Shown piece after piece: positions 62,101 through 64,000 of a DNA stretch of 64,000 bases. A program made the position numbers and the translations under genes. The stretch covers positions 22,878,001 through 22,942,000 of the forward strand of contig CATNEN010000001.1 of NCBI GenBank assembly GCA_950097015.1, written 5' to 3'. Each line of letters opens with the position of its first letter. The first letter of the stretch is position 1. The notes beneath the pieces are model-generated. The model had not been told where the DNA came from. It worked only from the letters and a program-made list of their open reading frames with translations, and did no database searches. The stretch comes from Macrostomum hystrix. Its lineage: Eukaryota > Animalia > Platyhelminthes.

Positions 62101-63572
62101 CTCCTGCTTTTGGTCACATTCGCGTTCCGTGATCCAAACCTGTACGACATGAAATCACAGATGGTGCGGCTGTTCCTGCCCAGACTCGATAACGCCACCG
62201 GAGAGGGCATTCCCGGCATTTCAACCGAGGCCCAGTTCTGGCAGTGGCTGGAGACGAAGTTCATTCCTGGAATCCGGGCTGACAGATGGTACAATGGAAA
62301 TCCGCCCTTGTTCCAGAGAGGCTACACAGGTGACAGGGTCGGCAGACTGGTTGGCTATGCAATCATGCGGCAGAAGCGTAACAAGCTCAACACCTGCTCA
62401 GTGCAGCCTAGTGTGCGCTATCTGGTGAAGAACTGCATCGATACTTACAACTTTCAGGATGAGGAAAAAGGAAACTTTGATGCGAAATGGCAGGCCTACA
62501 ATCCCAACACTAGCGCACTGCCTCGAAACGAGGCATTCCGCTACACCTCAGGTGCTCAGCTCAAGAGCTTCGGGCCCTACATGGCCAGGATGCACACTTA
62601 CTCGCCAGGAGGCTACGTGTTCCAATTCCGCGGATCACTCAAGTCCATCATGTCGAACATCACGGAACTCAAGACGCTGCAATGGCTGGACAAGCAGACG
62701 CGGGCCATCTTTCTGGAGTTCGCATTCTACAACCCGAATGTGAACCTGTTCGGCATCGGCACAGTGGTGTTCGAACTTGAAGGCAGCGGAGGAATGGTCG
62801 GAATCTACCGCTTCCAAGCCGCTAACCTGCTCAGCTTCCTAGTTTCTGGTGTAAAAGGATTCGAGATCGCCTGTCAAGTTCTCTTCTGCATCGTTCTCAT
62901 TGCCTACATGGTTAAGGAGGCTCGCAAGATGTACAAAGAGCGACTTCAGTACGTGCACAAAATTTGGAACATCGCCGAGATGTTTATTCTGATAGGTTCG
63001 ATGGCCAGCGTTGCCGCTTATGCTTATGTTCTCTACGAGACATCGCAACTCACCGCAGAGTTTAGCAAATACGGCGGCAACGTCTACTTGAACTTCCAGT
63101 ACGTGGCCTTTTGGAACGAATACCTGACGTACTTCACTGCCTTCATTGTGTTCGTCTCAACTCTCAAGTTTGTTCGTCTGTTGCGCTTCAACAAGCGCAT
63201 GGGCATGCTCGGCGATGTGCTGCGCGTCGCGTCCAGGGACATTCGCCAGTTCTTCCTCATGTTCTTCATCATCTTTGCGGCCTTCATCCAGACCTTCTAC
63301 CTGGTGTTCATGGACCAGCTGTACGGCTACTGCACCTTCATCTACACCATGGAGCAGCTCATGCAGATCGCTCTTGGCAAATTCAAATTCCTGGATCTGT
63401 ACATCGCAGAGCCCATCATTGGACCGCTTATATTTTCTGCCTACACAATCTTCATCATTTTCATCCTGCTGAATATGTTCGTTGCCATCCTCAACGAGGC
63501 CTTTGCCAAGGTGCGCGACGATGTTGAGAAGCAGGAGAATGAGCACGAGATGCTGGACTTCATCATTCAAAA
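46851..63572 (+). CDS. Polycystin-1-like protein (PKD1/PKD1L/REJ family), at least 20 exons and 3501 aa, probably 3'-truncated
   Basis: Exons 46851-47195, 47311-47580, 47690-47870, 48172-48332, 48662-50735, 50832-51014, 51654-51871, 51949-52093, 52168-52277, 52490-53721, 53813-54021, 54336-54593, 54682-54845, 54961-55126, 55878-55948, 57047-57238, 58130-58255, 58931-60418, 60490-60707, 60879-63572. All introns GT-AG and phase-compatible. Domains: signal peptide, WSC (FVGCY...C..RC...YAA....FCFC), PKD repeats (WGDG), REJ-like region, GPS (CLCTHL/TSF), TM1, PLAT (TG.RRGAGT, IRIWHDNSG, RWLAVEEDDG), FTRVERVACC, channel region (WLDKQTRAIFLEF..YNPNVNLF, LLRFNKRM, LLNMFVAILNE). Confidence 0.93.
48662..50735 (+). 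CDS. PKD1-like exon 5: Cys-rich segment and tandem PKD/Ig-like repeats
   Basis: Beta-rich repeats with G.Y.V.V...N..S and WGDG motifs; many N-glycosylation sequons. Confidence 0.92.
51157..51435 (+). mobile_element. tRNA-derived SINE family A (near full length)
   Basis: TAGCCTAATGG, GTTCGATTCC, TTTAGCAAGACACT, AGTCCATGGACT, AAT-type tail. Confidence 0.82.
51445..51563 (-). mobile_element. SINE family B (5' part)
   Basis: AATCGAGCTCAGGGACC...AAACGCGTTA as in 45077-45118. Confidence 0.72.
52490..53721 (+). CDS. PKD1-like exon 10: last PKD repeats and start of the REJ module
   Basis: C.PP.V...VLRSELVTI...LALPKLFLEVGLY...S.DLD...W.F.C pattern typical of the REJ region. Confidence 0.88.
55170..55430. 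repeat. 55-bp minisatellite (~5 copies)
   Basis: TGAACGAATCCGAGCTGTGGTCTCATTGTTTGCTGTTA...; the only clear array in the PKD1-like gene, ~45 nt after a donor. Confidence 0.9.
58270..58535 (-). mobile_element. SINE family A (diverged)
   Basis: Palindrome at 58345-58358; GAACTGAAGCA, CTTGCTAAA and TTCGAACCCC in reverse orientation. Confidence 0.7.
58931..60418 (+). CDS. PKD1-like exon 18: GAIN/GPS and TM1
   Basis: SC......WSTSGC.V......TQCLCTHLTSFAGG....PNTIDW, then a hydrophobic helix. Confidence 0.95.
60490..60707 (+). CDS. PKD1-like exon 19: PLAT domain
   Basis: YLYEIVVSTGMRRGAGTESRVHFILSG. Confidence 0.94.
60879..63572 (+). CDS. PKD1-like exon 20: end of PLAT, TM2-TM11 and TOP/channel domain
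   Basis: Covers the 870-aa ORF with polycystin motifs; ends at AA|GTGAGT (likely donor) rather than at the TGA at 63574-63576. Confidence 0.95.
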
Positions 63573-64000
63573 GTGAGTTGAATATAAAAAACCTTGGAGC
63601 CTTCAAAGGTTTCATACATATCGATTAAATATCACTAGGTTTAAGTGTCACTTCACTGTGTAGTAGCTTCTGCAAATACTAAGTGAATTATAACAAACCA
63701 AAATTATACATTTCCTGTTCCCCATCACACTTTATGCTCCGACGCCTTCTTCAGAGTTGCCTCATGTCGCAAATAAAATAGTTGGTGTGGCTCGTAGAAA
63801 TTGATCAATCGTATCAAATATTATGCAGTTCCTTGCCGCTGTAAGACGGAACATTACAATTGTTTAACATATGTCAGCCAGCAAACACCTGCTAAGTTGC
63901 TCGTTGGCACGAGTGCTCTCAGCTCCCGAGAGCCGGTGAGATATCGGATCTCGCATTCTTTCCCGTCTCCACCAGAGCAACTTGACACGAACGCAGATGG

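Overview
Eukaryotic (animal) genomic DNA with GT-AG introns. The minisatellite-filled introns and GC-rich exons resemble a free-living flatworm such as Macrostomum; this assignment is inference only. The window opens with a ~13.4-kb array of a 30-bp pyrimidine-rich satellite. That array is interrupted at 10825-12974 by a 2.15-kb non-coding LTR retroelement with two apparently identical 351-bp LTRs, a 5-bp TSD (ACCCA), a tRNA-Lys primer-binding site and an internal array of hairpin repeats. A complete 13-exon SGSM1/2-like RUN/TBC Rab-GAP gene follows (+, 16926-41587, 1130 aa as I assembled it by hand); 10 of its 12 introns carry minisatellite arrays, each with a different unit. After a further minisatellite comes a polycystin-1-like gene of at least 20 exons (+, 46851 to at least 63572, at least 3500 aa: signal peptide, WSC, PKD repeats, REJ, GPS, PLAT, polycystin channel), probably truncated by the window end. 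Two families of tRNA-derived SINEs are dispersed through the window; one has a CORE-like segment and a conserved 14-bp palindrome. The long ORFs over tandem repeats are artefacts. All coordinates were read by eye; repeat boundaries are approximate.
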